The notes: generated by a model not told the origin, from the sequence alone. 64,000 nucleotides of DNA from a virus (IMGVR_UViG_3300025626_000013:1-64000); one strand, 5' to 3'. Counted from the first letter of the stretch, positions 1 to 10,755 are shown. Numbers and translations: made by a program.

Positions 1-1884
1 CCCCGCCGCAAGATCTGCAAAATCTGTTGTTGGTCTATTATCACTATCTAATTTCCGCAAGAATAGTTGTTCACCAGAATCAACTATGGCAAAATCTTTA
101 AGATAAATTGCGCCAGTTTCTTGTTTTAAAATAGTTGTTTCGGTACCAGCCGAATCTACGGATTTAACTATAAATTCGCCTGTAGCATCGGAAATTGACA
201 AATTACCAATATAAATTGTTTCACCAGCAACATATAAACCAGCAAATTTTCTATCGGGTGAACCCAAATTATATAAAGTATCGCCATCTGGGATAATATC
301 CCCAGTGACTGTTACCCCAGCACCACCAAAAGCATCCGCATTACGGTCAGCAATATTAGCTAATACTGCTTGTTGTGATTGAATATACGGTGCATCTACT
401 AATGATAAAATATCACTATCTACGCGCGCGCTAGTATAATAAAGATTGTTTCCTTCCGGAAGATTTTCTGTTGTAAACATTGCAGAAAATTCTGCACTAT
501 CAATACTTAAAGTATTATTAACAGTATTATAGGTTAGTCCAAGACCATCAATCGCCGCGGCATCAAGAGAAGTATTAAAATCACTATCAAAATTGGATTG
601 GGTATAAACATGTTCAACATCAAAAGAAAATTCGCCGGATGCAGAATTATATGATAAATCACCAGCAGCCGAAAAATAATTTCTAATTGTTTCTTGAGAT
701 ACTGTATCACCTAATGCAGAATCAAATCTGCTTCTTGTGTAATAAAGATTATCACCTTCAACAATATTAGTTGTTGTTTTAGTGGCTAGTCTTTCATCAA
801 AAGATGAATCAAATCTTGCATCAAAAGCACTATCTGCCCGAGCAGTTGTATAATAAAGATTATCGCCTTCAGCAAGATCTGCTGTAGTTTTTGTTAATAG
901 GCGCGCATCAAAATCACTATCAACTCGGGCCCGCGTATAGAATAAATTAAATTCTTCAATTAATTCTTTTGTTGTAGTGGCTGCCAATGATATAGCGGCT
1001 TTATTACCACTATTATCTTTAATAACAAGAGTACCACCAGAATCAGAAATTACTAGGCTTCCCATCATAATGGAATTGCCGCTTAAATATAAATCTCTGA
1101 ATCTTTGGGTATTGGTTCCAAGATCTACTGCTTCAGTAGTACGAGGAATAATATTAGTTGTAATATCTTGTATTGCTGAATCAAAATTAAATACCGGGGG
1201 CTGATCAACTCTCGCATTAATATATGCGCTATCAATCAAACCAATTGCATTACCAGAATCAAAAGTACTACCCGCAACAATTCTTGCGCTGACATATGCA
1301 CTATCAATAAGATTAATTGTTTGAGCAGTATCAAGTTTAGTATTAGTTAAATTTGTAATAGTAGTAACAAAATTGGCGTCATCACCAATTGCTTCTGCTA
1401 ATTCATTTAGGGTATTTAATTGGTCGGGAGCTAGCCCAATCACAGAATTAATAGCGCTGTCAATAGCAGCAGTTAATTCCGATTCCATTACTAATTCAAC
1501 CGGGATGTTTGTTAAATTAGCCCAATCTAAATAATATGAAGCAGATTCGCCATTAAATTCCGCAGCATTAATACCTAAACCATCAATATGGCTTTTGTTG
1601 ACAAATCGTAGAATTTGGTCATCTAATCGGATACCAACATAATTTGAATCAACCGTTGACGCAATTAAAGCTGCAATATCACTAGAATCAAAGCCGGATG
1701 GTGTTGATGAAATTAATGATACAATTGCATTTGAATCTAAAATTGTTGGAACATTATTTAAATTAGTAAAGTCGGTGTAATACCCACTAGATTCACCGCC
1801 CAAAGTTGAAGCATTGCCAGCAGCTGCAGCGGAAATATTACCAGATGGTACACCTACAATTATTTTTGTTATTTTAGTAACCAC
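1..1884 (-). CDS. Tail fibre-like structural protein; its C-terminal end runs off the window start
   Basis: Hand translation from GTG at 1884 (MVTKITKIIVGVPSG...) is open to position 1 (628 codons); absent from the ORF track because it has no stop. Contains TxDLxEGxNLYYTxxRxDS repeats, APDQLNTLNELAEAIGDD and IIPxxxxxxxLGxxxxxF fibre motifs. Confidence 0.8.
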   Translation of the reverse strand, partial: MVTKITKIIVGVPSGNISAAAAGNASTLGGESSGYYTDFTNLNNVPTILDSNAIVSLISSTPSGFDSSDIAALIASTVDSNYVGIRLDDQILRFVNKSHIDGLGINAAEFNGESASYYLDWANLTNIPVELVMESELTAAIDSAINSVIGLAPDQLNTLNELAEAIGDDANFVTTITNLTNTKLDTAQTINLIDSAYVSARIVAGSTFDSGNAIGLIDSAYINARVDQPPVFNFDSAIQDITTNIIPRTTEAVDLGTNTQRFRDLYLSGNSIMMGSLVISDSGGTLVIKDNSGNKAAISLAATTTKELIEEFNLFYTRARVDSDFDARLLTKTTADLAEGDNLYYTTARADSAFDARFDSSFDERLATKTTTNIVEGDNLYYTRSRFDSALGDTVSQETIRNYFSAAGDLSYNSASGEFSFDVEHVYTQSNFDSDFNTSLDAAAIDGLGLTYNTVNNTLSIDSAEFSAMFTTENLPEGNNLYYTSARVDSDILSLVDAPYIQSQQAVLANIADRNADAFGGAGVTVTGDIIPDGDTLYNLGSPDRKFAGLYVAGETIYIGNLSISDATGEFIVKSVDSAGTETTILKQETGAIYLKDFAIVDSGEQLFLRKLDSDNRPTTDFADLAAG

Positions 1885-1896
1885 GTGAATATACCT

Positions 1897-2244
1897 TTAT
1901 TTTGTAACTGATGGGTTTACAGTCATACGACCTTCAAGTATTCTTTCCACAATCTGTGTATTATCACTATCAAAATATGATAATTCAACATCATATACAT
2001 ATCTACCGGCTTTCAATCCATCGGATTGAGCATTTGAAAGCGACATAGTAATAATTCCAGCAGTAGCCGGTTCTTTTACAGCACAGGTCCAATCAGTAGA
2101 TGTTGAGCTGCGATGTGTTTTTTTCATTTTACATGCTATAGACACATTGGTAAGATTTTTAACAGAGCCATCTATATTATTAGTATGCAGCTCAATTGAA
2201 ATATCACTCCCTTGGTCAATTTCAATTTCTTCGTATCTAGCCAT
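1897..2244 (-). CDS. Small virion structural protein (BppU N-terminal-like Ig fold)
   Basis: IDQGSD...LKAGRYVYDVEL...RILEGRMTVNPSVT motif typical of T4-like virion adaptors; late promoter upstream. Confidence 0.65.
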   Translation of the reverse strand: MARYEEIEIDQGSDISIELHTNNIDGSVKNLTNVSIACKMKKTHRSSTSTDWTCAVKEPATAGIITMSLSNAQSDGLKAGRYVYDVELSYFDSDNTQIVERILEGRMTVNPSVTK

Positions 2245-2281
2245 GTATAGCTCTCCACATTTTTAATTGCGCATTTGATAT

Positions 2282-2289
2282 TATTTATA
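2282..2289 (-). promoter_or_regulatory. T4-type late promoter TATAAATA
   Basis: Exact TATAAATA on the minus strand, about 38 nt upstream of the ORF start at 2244. Confidence 0.8.
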
Positions 2290-2323
2290 TCTTTTGCTAT
2301 CAGTAAATATATAAAATATCAGT

Positions 2324-4513
2324 TTAAGATAAATCAGTTGTAGTTCCATCCGCATTATAACGTGTAATTGTCGTTGAGTCTGCTGCTGCCACATTAGTTG
2401 ATGGGAAAGATCTACTACCGGGCCAAATTATTCTAACTGTACCATCTCCACCAGGCAATCCTGGCTTGGTGGGGCTATCATCTTCTGGCGCGCCCCCGCC
2501 ACCGCCATATTCTCCGCCACCGGCCGAAGAACCGTTAGTACCGCCTGACCCACCATTTCCAGGAATGGCAACGCCTCCACCGCTGCCATTAGCGCCAGAG
2601 CCAAATATACCTACACCGCCACCAGCGTTATCTGGTTGTGTATCGGTTCCAGTACCACCACCGCCTCCGCCACCGCCTCCAGCGCCTGCTTGCCCACCAT
2701 AACTATTCCCAGTACCACCAGCGCCGCCAGTACCGGTGTATCCACCAGCGCCACCGCCACCGCCACCGCCAGCATTGTATTGGCCTGCACCGCCATTGCC
2801 GCCATTACCACCAGCTTGTCCGGAAATACTACGATATGAAGCGCCAGCCCCACCGTTACCGCCTGTTCCGGCCGGCGAGCTATTTGCGCCAGTACCCCGT
2901 AAACCACCTTGCGCCGCTAAAATATATTCAAGCGGGGAGTCTATCCGAATATAAGATTCTACTCCGTATCCACCATTACCTCCATTAGCTGTTCCACCTA
3001 CCCCACCAAGGCCAGAAAGAACCCGATATGTGGTGCCCGCTGTGACAGCATAATTGTTTACATATGATAACCCGCCACCGCCACCGCCGCCGCCAGAATA
3101 ATTGCTGCCAGAACCACCGGCGCCACCGCCACCGCCAACAGCAATCATACTAATAGATGTAACACCCTCCGGAACTGTCCAAATATATGAGGTACTTCTT
3201 GCTACAAACCGAGCTTCACCAGTAGAAGATTCTCCTTGACCAGGATCGCCACTACCGCCGCCACCACCTGCTGCTGGAGGAGTATACGTTGTTGATGTTG
3301 AAGCAGAGGTTGAATAGGTTTCAGTAGTAAAATCATTACTAGTAGAAATATTAGTAGCTGGCCACGAACGAGACATATTACCATCATCATCAGTCCAATA
3401 TATTCTTACAACACCGCCGCCGCCGCTGCCTTCATAATAATTATATGTACTATTAACTGATGGAACATCATCATCGTCTAAACCACCGCCACCGCCGCCA
3501 TATAAACCGCCTCTACCATAACTTCGGGAGGGGCCGCCGCCAGATCCGCCGCCGGCTCTTCCTGCATCAGTGTTAACACCAGTTTGGCCAAGACCAGTTA
3601 TATATGAACCATTCCTACCAGTAGCGGCAAGACCCTCAGTACCATTAACACCGGCACCACCACCACCATTATGCATAAAAGTAAAAGATGAACCATTATA
3701 TGGATCATATTGTCCTCCACCTCCGCCGCCTCGAGTGCCATCACCACCATTTTGATTGGCGGAATTATTTCCGTTACCACCATAGCCAATTGTATTACTA
3801 ACAATTGCTGCTCCACCAGCGCCACCGCCACCGCCGCCATAGCCATAATTTGCATCAAGGCGCCCAGTGCCGCCATCGCCACCGTAACCCCTAAAATCAG
3901 CATTCGCAAATGTAATAGGATTGCCGCCAGCTCCTCCGGAACTACCACCAGATCCACCACCAGCCCCACCACCAACTTTGCGAATTATTGTAGTAGCATC
4001 AGTAACAGCATTAACAGAAGAAATAATGCTGTCTCCACCATTTTCGCCTGTTGTTGCTGAGCTAATATCTAATCCAGCGCCATTTCCACCAGCACCAACT
4101 TCTATTTTTAAAACATCTCCGGGTGTCACACTTATATAAGACATATCCGGGGTAGCTATAAATGCGCCACCGCCTCCGCCGCCGCCGCCCCAAAAATCAT
4201 TTTTATTGGAACCAGCGCCACCACCACCGCCAACTAATATAACACCAATATTAGTTACGCCAGCTGGCACATCCCAATAATGATCGGAATCCGTATAAGT
4301 AAAAATTACACTACCAGGATTTACTCCACTACCCGAACCACGGAAATCACCAAAGTCTATTGTACCTGAGGTGGGAATAGCCGCATTATTTGATTGTGTG
4401 GCATCTACCTCGCCCCCACCTTTGTAATATTCAGAAAGAGAAATCGGGGCAGTGCCGCCATGTTCTGCCTGTATAGCTTGTAAACTAATTGGTCCGGTGA
4501 GTGGAAGTACCAT
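2324..4513 (-). CDS. Glycine-rich tail-fibre adhesin (gp38-like) with two tandem polyglycine domains
   Basis: N-terminal GPISLxxIQxExGGTAPISLSEYY fibre-docking motif; two repeats of WxVPxGVTxI...VGGGGG...VRIxW; directly downstream of a fibre gene with an S74 chaperone. Confidence 0.7.
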   Translation of the reverse strand: MVLPLTGPISLQAIQAEHGGTAPISLSEYYKGGGEVDATQSNNAAIPTSGTIDFGDFRGSGSGVNPGSVIFTYTDSDHYWDVPAGVTNIGVILVGGGGGAGSNKNDFWGGGGGGGGAFIATPDMSYISVTPGDVLKIEVGAGGNGAGLDISSATTGENGGDSIISSVNAVTDATTIIRKVGGGAGGGSGGSSGGAGGNPITFANADFRGYGGDGGTGRLDANYGYGGGGGGAGGAAIVSNTIGYGGNGNNSANQNGGDGTRGGGGGGQYDPYNGSSFTFMHNGGGGAGVNGTEGLAATGRNGSYITGLGQTGVNTDAGRAGGGSGGGPSRSYGRGGLYGGGGGGLDDDDVPSVNSTYNYYEGSGGGGVVRIYWTDDDGNMSRSWPATNISTSNDFTTETYSTSASTSTTYTPPAAGGGGGSGDPGQGESSTGEARFVARSTSYIWTVPEGVTSISMIAVGGGGGAGGSGSNYSGGGGGGGGLSYVNNYAVTAGTTYRVLSGLGGVGGTANGGNGGYGVESYIRIDSPLEYILAAQGGLRGTGANSSPAGTGGNGGAGASYRSISGQAGGNGGNGGAGQYNAGGGGGGGAGGYTGTGGAGGTGNSYGGQAGAGGGGGGGGGTGTDTQPDNAGGGVGIFGSGANGSGGGVAIPGNGGSGGTNGSSAGGGEYGGGGGAPEDDSPTKPGLPGGDGTVRIIWPGSRSFPSTNVAAADSTTITRYNADGTTTDLS

Positions 4514-4516
4514 TGT

Positions 4517-7500
4517 TTAATTCTTATTTTTTAATTGAATTTCAAGAGCTTCAACTTTTTGGGTTAGCTCTTTAATAGCTTCAATGTATATAGAATGGAG
4601 TGCATCATAATTAACGGTTTTATATTCTGCGCCGGTATTTTTATTAATATTTTCAAAAACTGCCTCGGGTAATACTGTTTCAACATCTTGCGCAATAACT
4701 CCAGCCGATTTAATTCCGCTCGATATCCATTCAAAATTAACACCATTTAAGTGTTTAATTTTTTCAAGTGGAGCTTCAATATTAATTATATTTTGTTTTA
4801 GCCTTTGATCCGATACAAATGTTGCTTGATAGGCAGTAATATCACCATCTGCTTGAAAATGGCCAGATGAAATGTCAAAAGCAAATCTTACTGTATTGGC
4901 ATTATTTCCATCTCTAATAAAGAAATCGCCAGAGTTAACATCCATAACTAAATTTGAAGCTGAAAGTAATTCTACATTGCCCAAATTTAATGTTTGATTA
5001 GTTGGAATTGTTGCGCCAGCATTAAATGTTTGTAAACCAGTCCAGGTATTCGCCCCAAGTGTTATATTAGACGTACCAGCGCCGATGAGTGATCGTATTT
5101 CCGATGCAGTCACGCCAGTAGCTAAAGTAGGAGTTCCACTATTTCTATTAATAGCCGGTTCATTTGGAATTGTTGGCAGATTACTTAAATCATTATAATT
5201 TCCGCTAAAGCCTAATGGGGCAGCCGTAAATGTGAAATTGCCACTACCATCAGTTGTTAATATTTGTCCATTAGAACCATCAGAAATACCCAAATCGGTT
5301 AAATCTGATGGAATTGTTGGTAAATTACTTAAATCATTATAACTAATTATTCCAACCGAAGTAATGTAGCCAGCATCATTTGTGAAGTCCGATACATTAG
5401 TCGGTGCATCGGTTAGGCTGGAGTAAGCAAAGTCTTGAGCTGTCTGATTTGTTTGAATATATGTAGCATCAACAATGTTAGTTATATTTGCTGAATCTAG
5501 TATATTTGGCAATTCGCTTAATGAAGAATATGCACCATCAAACAATGTTGGCAATCCACTCAATGAAGAATATGTACCATCAAACAATGTTGGTAAATTA
5601 CTTAAATCATTATAATTTCCGCTAAAGCCTTGAATTGCATTTATAGCAGAAAGTAAATCGGCATCTCCGCTTTCTAAAGCTACTGCTAATTCGTTTAATG
5701 TATCAAATGCTGGGCCGGCCCCATTAATTAAATTCGCAATTTGAGTATCGACATAAGATACTCGAGCAATAGTATTTGGAATAGAACTAGAATCTAGACT
5801 TAATGCGCCGCCATTTATATCAGCAAACCCAAAATTACTAGCAGCTGCATTATAACTTAATGTTGCAACGGTGGTTCGATTGGCACCTTCGCCAGAAGTA
5901 AAGTTAATAGTTTGTGAATTAATAAACAAATCTGCAGCATGTATTGCATTAAATCTATGTGAGGAATCTCCTAGCGAAATACCTTTATCTACTGACGGAA
6001 TAATATTAGATGTTAAATTACCATTAAGAAGAGCCGCAACATTATTATCACCATAACCAGCTGGTAATGTCGAATTTGTCCAATATTGCTCAGCATTATT
6101 CCATGTAAGAACTTGGCCATCACTTGGGGTTAATGCATCATTTACATCACCAATATCTGATAAAGACGCACTATCAAGAGCGTTTCTGGCCGCTGTTGTA
6201 AGATCTAATCTACGCGGAGCATTTGGACTATCTTGCTCAAAAATATCACCAAGTGATAAAACAAGAGATCCGCTAAATGCATCAAGAAAATCCGAATCAA
6301 ATCGCGATCTATTATAATAAAGTCTAGCACGGCTACCTTCATTTAAATCATTTGTGCTTTTTGTATTAAAGTCTGAATCAAATCTAATACTTTTATAATA
6401 AAAATTATCATCTGTTTCGGCTAGATTGTCAGTAGTCTTAAGATTAAAATATGCATTAAATCCAGTTTGAGTGAGATATCTATTAACAGATCCTTCAGCT
6501 AAATCATCTGTAGTAACAAGTTCTAATGCGCTATTAAAAGCGGAATCAAAGCCAGAATCAAAAGCGGTATTAAACGAAGTGGCAAAACTAGCGTTAAATC
6601 CAGAATCAAATAAAACCGGAAAGTCGCTATCAATTGCAGATTTAAAGGCAGTGTCAAATACTGGCTGGAAATCTGCATTAAATGCTGAATCAAAATGACT
6701 TTGAAACTCACCTTCCCGAATATAATCTGCTTGACTTTGGCTATAAGCAGTATTCCAATTAGTAACATCGTCGTCAGTAGCAGAGATAATAGTTGGGGCA
6801 ATATTATCGGTCATCCAGCTATCAATTTCGGTATTAATTGACACAGCACTAAGATAGCCAGCAGTAGAATGATCACCCCATCCATATGCAGTATTCCAAT
6901 TAGTAACATTGGCATTAGTAGCAGATATGATATTAGCTGCAAGCGCGGAGGATAACCAACTATCTGCTAATTCATCAGTATGTAAATTATCAATTGATGC
7001 ACTGGTTAAATATCCGGCAGAAGCATGGTCTCCCCATCCAAAAGCGGTATCCCAACTAGTACCATCAGCTGTTACTAATTGTTGTACAAATGTTAAATCC
7101 GAAAATTCAGATAATGTTGCTAAATTATCAATATCTCCTGATGTTATATTAGCGGCAGCATGCGCCGAAAATATTGGATCAGTTTCGGTAGTAATAAAAT
7201 CAGCAATATCCGCAGCGGTAAGGAAGGTATCAGTATCAGCTGAAGGTGAAAATGTAAATATTCCATTAGAATAAGTTAACTTCCCACCCGGATATCCTGC
7301 TGCACTGGAATCTTCTTGAACAACCGAAAGATAATTATTAACTCGAGCATTGGTATAATATAAATTATTAGGACCTTCTGCTATTGAGTCGCTAGTAAAC
7401 GCTAGTTGTAAGCCTTCTTCAGAATCAAAATTAAATCCTTGAAGAACAATATTAGCAGAAATTTCATATTGAAAAGCCGGTAGGCTTTGTCTAAAGGCAG

Positions 7501-9064
7501 AATCAAATCTTTCATCTGACCAATAATAATTTAAATTGCCTTCCCTTAAATCATCAGTGTGTCTATGATGCTCCGATATAAGTTGCGGCTGCGGAAGATA
7601 TCTATCAATATACCAAGTTTTTCTTAAAACCGGATTATGATAAAATCTACCGGCTTGATATTCGGAATCACCGCCAAAATATTCACTATTATAGGTATTA
7701 TCAATTAAATACGGATCCGGATCATTTGCGGCATTTTTATAATATGCTATTCCAGGATGATTATCAATTTCTGTAAAATAAATAATTCTATTTAAACTGT
7801 CGTATTGTTCAAATAATGTTGCGCCAGGATCATAATCGGTATTAAAATCATTAGCATAATTGGCTTCAGCAATGCCCAGATCATTTGCAGTATGGGCATA
7901 TCGACCAATTCTCATTAAATTTAATTCTAATTTTCTATCAGTAGAATTAAATTTAATATCTTGATATAAATTTATTGCTGTACTTAAAGAAGAATCCCAA
8001 TCAGAATCAAATTGAATATAATTACCGCTATAACCTAATTCTGTTATTGAATTTGTTTTAATGCCAGCGCTATCATATAGATATAATCCAGTTTGCGTTA
8101 ATAATACAATAGTATCGCCATCGCTATCTTGAATAGTAAATCCAGCATCATCAACTCGAGTATGGCCAGCATCACCTGCTTTTACTGTCTCAATAGTAAG
8201 CCCAGTATCATCAAGTTGAATATTATCGCCCAAATCAATACCAGCATTACCAGTTAATGTGAGTCCAACCGAATCAATAAGAACATTACCCACCAAAACC
8301 GAACCAGCAGTGATACCGCCCGTAACATCAAGGCTATTTGTATCAATACCAGTTGAATCAACAGATGTGTTTTCAATAGTTAATACATTCGAAGTTATTC
8401 CTGTTGAATCAACAGACGTGTTTTCAATAGTTAATGCATTGGAAGTTATTCCCATTGCATTTATTGTAGTATCAGTTAAAATATTTAATTGTTTATTTAC
8501 TTCCCATGCATCTGGAAGTGAAGCATAAATTATATGCGGTTTAATTAAATTTGCACTATCATAAAAAGAACCACCAATAGTAAGCCCCGCGCCATTTGCA
8601 GAAAAATAATCTACGGCAGAATCAGCCAATACAATATTTTTATCATTAATAGTAACTGTTTGGCTATTGATAGTTGTTTCTGTTCCCTGAATTTGCAAAT
8701 TGCCATAAATTTGAACATTACCACTAACATCTAAATTATCATTGATAATTAAAGGGTTGCCACCAATAGGAGATCTTAAGTCCCCAGCTATAATAACATC
8801 ACTATTAAATGTTGCAGAATCCTGAACCGCTAATGGGCCAACAATTGTAACATCACTATTAAATGTTGCAGAATCCTGAACCGCTAATGGACCAACAATT
8901 GTAACATCACTATTAAATGTGGCAGAATTGCTAGTAATTAAATTTCCATTAATGGTAACAATACCGCCAAGCGGATTTAATTCTATATTTTCATTTTGAG
9001 TTATAATAACCGTAGTATCGGAATAATTACGATTATCTAAGCTTATTGTTTTAATAAATGCCAT
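4517..9064 (-). CDS. Long tail fibre protein with C-terminal peptidase S74 intramolecular chaperone
   Basis: 1515 aa; SDQRLKQNI...GVIAQDVE...VNYD...IEAIKEL S74 signature; internal fibre repeats. Confidence 0.85.
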   Translation of the reverse strand: MAFIKTISLDNRNYSDTTVIITQNENIELNPLGGIVTINGNLITSNSATFNSDVTIVGPLAVQDSATFNSDVTIVGPLAVQDSATFNSDVIIAGDLRSPIGGNPLIINDNLDVSGNVQIYGNLQIQGTETTINSQTVTINDKNIVLADSAVDYFSANGAGLTIGGSFYDSANLIKPHIIYASLPDAWEVNKQLNILTDTTINAMGITSNALTIENTSVDSTGITSNVLTIENTSVDSTGIDTNSLDVTGGITAGSVLVGNVLIDSVGLTLTGNAGIDLGDNIQLDDTGLTIETVKAGDAGHTRVDDAGFTIQDSDGDTIVLLTQTGLYLYDSAGIKTNSITELGYSGNYIQFDSDWDSSLSTAINLYQDIKFNSTDRKLELNLMRIGRYAHTANDLGIAEANYANDFNTDYDPGATLFEQYDSLNRIIYFTEIDNHPGIAYYKNAANDPDPYLIDNTYNSEYFGGDSEYQAGRFYHNPVLRKTWYIDRYLPQPQLISEHHRHTDDLREGNLNYYWSDERFDSAFRQSLPAFQYEISANIVLQGFNFDSEEGLQLAFTSDSIAEGPNNLYYTNARVNNYLSVVQEDSSAAGYPGGKLTYSNGIFTFSPSADTDTFLTAADIADFITTETDPIFSAHAAANITSGDIDNLATLSEFSDLTFVQQLVTADGTSWDTAFGWGDHASAGYLTSASIDNLHTDELADSWLSSALAANIISATNANVTNWNTAYGWGDHSTAGYLSAVSINTEIDSWMTDNIAPTIISATDDDVTNWNTAYSQSQADYIREGEFQSHFDSAFNADFQPVFDTAFKSAIDSDFPVLFDSGFNASFATSFNTAFDSGFDSAFNSALELVTTDDLAEGSVNRYLTQTGFNAYFNLKTTDNLAETDDNFYYKSIRFDSDFNTKSTNDLNEGSRARLYYNRSRFDSDFLDAFSGSLVLSLGDIFEQDSPNAPRRLDLTTAARNALDSASLSDIGDVNDALTPSDGQVLTWNNAEQYWTNSTLPAGYGDNNVAALLNGNLTSNIIPSVDKGISLGDSSHRFNAIHAADLFINSQTINFTSGEGANRTTVATLSYNAAASNFGFADINGGALSLDSSSIPNTIARVSYVDTQIANLINGAGPAFDTLNELAVALESGDADLLSAINAIQGFSGNYNDLSNLPTLFDGTYSSLSGLPTLFDGAYSSLSELPNILDSANITNIVDATYIQTNQTAQDFAYSSLTDAPTNVSDFTNDAGYITSVGIISYNDLSNLPTIPSDLTDLGISDGSNGQILTTDGSGNFTFTAAPLGFSGNYNDLSNLPTIPNEPAINRNSGTPTLATGVTASEIRSLIGAGTSNITLGANTWTGLQTFNAGATIPTNQTLNLGNVELLSASNLVMDVNSGDFFIRDGNNANTVRFAFDISSGHFQADGDITAYQATFVSDQRLKQNIINIEAPLEKIKHLNGVNFEWISSGIKSAGVIAQDVETVLPEAVFENINKNTGAEYKTVNYDALHSIYIEAIKELTQKVEALEIQLKNKN
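8349..8452. repeat. In-frame 51-bp tandem repeat (2 copies; ITSNxLTIENTSVDSTG)
   Basis: gttgaatcaacaga at 8352 and 8403. Confidence 0.85.
8794..8928. repeat. In-frame 54-bp tandem repeat (about 2.5 copies; ATFNSDVTIVGPLAVQDS)
   Basis: taacatcactattaaatgt at 8794, 8848 and 8902. Confidence 0.9.
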
Positions 9065-9378
9065 TATACTTCCAAATAACTAATTGTAAGATTTAAAGCA
9101 GGATCAGCCGATGCAACAGCTACAATAGAATCTCCGGCGTCTAATACAATCCGTTCAGCATTAAGAGTAAATGTATCGCTTGCCTGAATATTTACAGCCT
9201 TTAATATTAAATTTCTATTCGATGCAGATTGACCAGATGGTATTATATAAAGTGTTAATGAAGCAGTAGAAACCGATATATTACAAGAAATAATTGAAAT
9301 AATTGCATATCGTGTGGCAGCAGGAACAGTTAGCATAGTAGTATTAGAGGTGCTAAGATTATTATTGATAATAGACAT
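9064..9378 (-). CDS. Small beta-rich virion structural protein
   Basis: 104 aa, coupled to the fibre gene; TMLTVPA...IVLDAGDSIVA...TISYLEV pattern seen in T4-like structural modules. Confidence 0.55.
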   Translation of the reverse strand: MSIINNNLSTSNTTMLTVPAATRYAIISIISCNISVSTASLTLYIIPSGQSASNRNLILKAVNIQASDTFTLNAERIVLDAGDSIVAVASADPALNLTISYLEV

Positions 9379-9388
9379 TTTTTGTTCC

Positions 9389-10054
9389 TTAAAAAATTAG
9401 ACTGTATAGTATGGCACGATTTTTACTAATTAATTCATCTTTTTGGCCATTAGCATGGGAAAAATATAATGATGTGTCGCCATCTCCAATAGAATCCATA
9501 TACAACCAAGTACCAACATCCGGAATAGGTTTACTTTCATAAGTCTGAAAATGAATTCCCGATCCAATATATTCTTGTACCCGATTATCAGTATAATATA
9601 AATTATTACCTTCAACAAGATTAGTAGTAGATTTTGTAGTAAACCTTACATCAAAAGCACTATCTGATCGTGCAGTAGTATAATATAAATTATTACCTTC
9701 AGCAAGATCTGTTGTAGTATGATTTGCTAAATCAGTAACTTGACCTTGCACAATAATATTATTTATTATTCCACTTGAGTCGGTTGGTATAAAAAAAGTA
9801 ACTTGACCATTACTGTCTTTTAAAGTTGGGGAATTGTCACCAATATTAAAATTAAGATTGGCAGAATCTGTTTGTATAACTGGGTCAGCTTCTGTGGCTA
9901 TTAATGTAACGGCATAAGTAGCAAAATCTATTGCGGAAAGCTTTTTAAACGCAGAAGAATCATTTCCTTCTACGCTAATATCATTAATTAAAATCTCATC
10001 GGTAGGTGATAAGTCGACTAAACTTAATTGGGATAAATTTGAAAACCGTGCCAT
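9389..10054 (-). CDS. Fibre-associated structural protein with TTDLAEGNNLYYT repeats
   Basis: Two repeats shared with the 1-1884 and 4517-9064 proteins; late promoter upstream. Confidence 0.65.
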   Translation of the reverse strand: MARFSNLSQLSLVDLSPTDEILINDISVEGNDSSAFKKLSAIDFATYAVTLIATEADPVIQTDSANLNFNIGDNSPTLKDSNGQVTFFIPTDSSGIINNIIVQGQVTDLANHTTTDLAEGNNLYYTTARSDSAFDVRFTTKSTTNLVEGNNLYYTDNRVQEYIGSGIHFQTYESKPIPDVGTWLYMDSIGDGDTSLYFSHANGQKDELISKNRAILYSLIF

Positions 10055-10079
10055 AAAGAACCCTTAGCTTGCTTCAATA

Positions 10080-10087
10080 TATTTATA
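10080..10087 (-). promoter_or_regulatory. T4-type late promoter
   Basis: TATAAATA about 26 nt upstream of 10054. Confidence 0.8.
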
Positions 10088-10098
10088 TGTTTTAAGGG

Positions 10099-10755
10099 CT
10101 AAATATATAAATGTTTGAACATCTCTGAGTCATGGGGCTTATTTAATGATGTTGTAAAATGAATTAATTTAATATCTTCATTAAAATTACCGTCTTTTAT
10201 TAAAGTGCCCGGATACTTTTGGCTAATATATTCATTTTTAGTTGAGTTTTGAGTCCACCGAGTAACCCATGATTTTGGTATAAGTTTAAGATTTAAACGT
10301 TCTTTTAATGTATCCTCAACAAAAAACTGTTCACCATTTACCGGGCCAATAGTTGTACCATTTTCAATATAATGTCTTTGCCATTTTTTAGGATCTGCAA
10401 TAAACTTATCAAAAATAAATTTACATTCTTTAGGATAATATTTATAAAATCCACCATTTAATTGATAATTAGTTTTCTTTGACCACCATGCCGGAATTCC
10501 TAAAAATTCGCCAGGTTGAATAGGGTAATCAAATAGTTGAGTATAATCATTTAAAAGAATAGTATCTATATCCATAACAACTATTGGATCATTAGAATTA
10601 TATGCCATTAAAAACATCTTATTCCATTGCAGTGCAACAGCAGATGATAATGGTTGATGTATCCACTCTACATCATAGTGTTTTAGTTTTTTGTTCAAAT
10701 ATGTTTCATATTCCGGGCCATATTTATTTCCTATTCTAAAAAGGAAAATTTTCAC
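10099..10755 (-). CDS. GT-A fold glycosyltransferase
   Basis: GNKYGPEY N-terminus, WNKM, DID (DxD), LNGG, GEQ and LIHF motifs. Confidence 0.7.
   Translation of the reverse strand: MKIFLFRIGNKYGPEYETYLNKKLKHYDVEWIHQPLSSAVALQWNKMFLMAYNSNDPIVVMDIDTILLNDYTQLFDYPIQPGEFLGIPAWWSKKTNYQLNGGFYKYYPKECKFIFDKFIADPKKWQRHYIENGTTIGPVNGEQFFVEDTLKERLNLKLIPKSWVTRWTQNSTKNEYISQKYPGTLIKDGNFNEDIKLIHFTTSLNKPHDSEMFKHLYI

Noticed and set aside
2466-4139. Many Pro-rich + strand ORFs and alternative-frame ORFs
   Set aside because: Shadows of the Gly-rich adhesin codons (GGN reads as CCN on the other strand); no independent coding signal.
4517-9064. Possible diversity-generating retroelement target in the fibre genes
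   Set aside because: No reverse transcriptase in the window, and I saw no TR/VR pair differing only at adenines; the repeats are short in-frame duplications.
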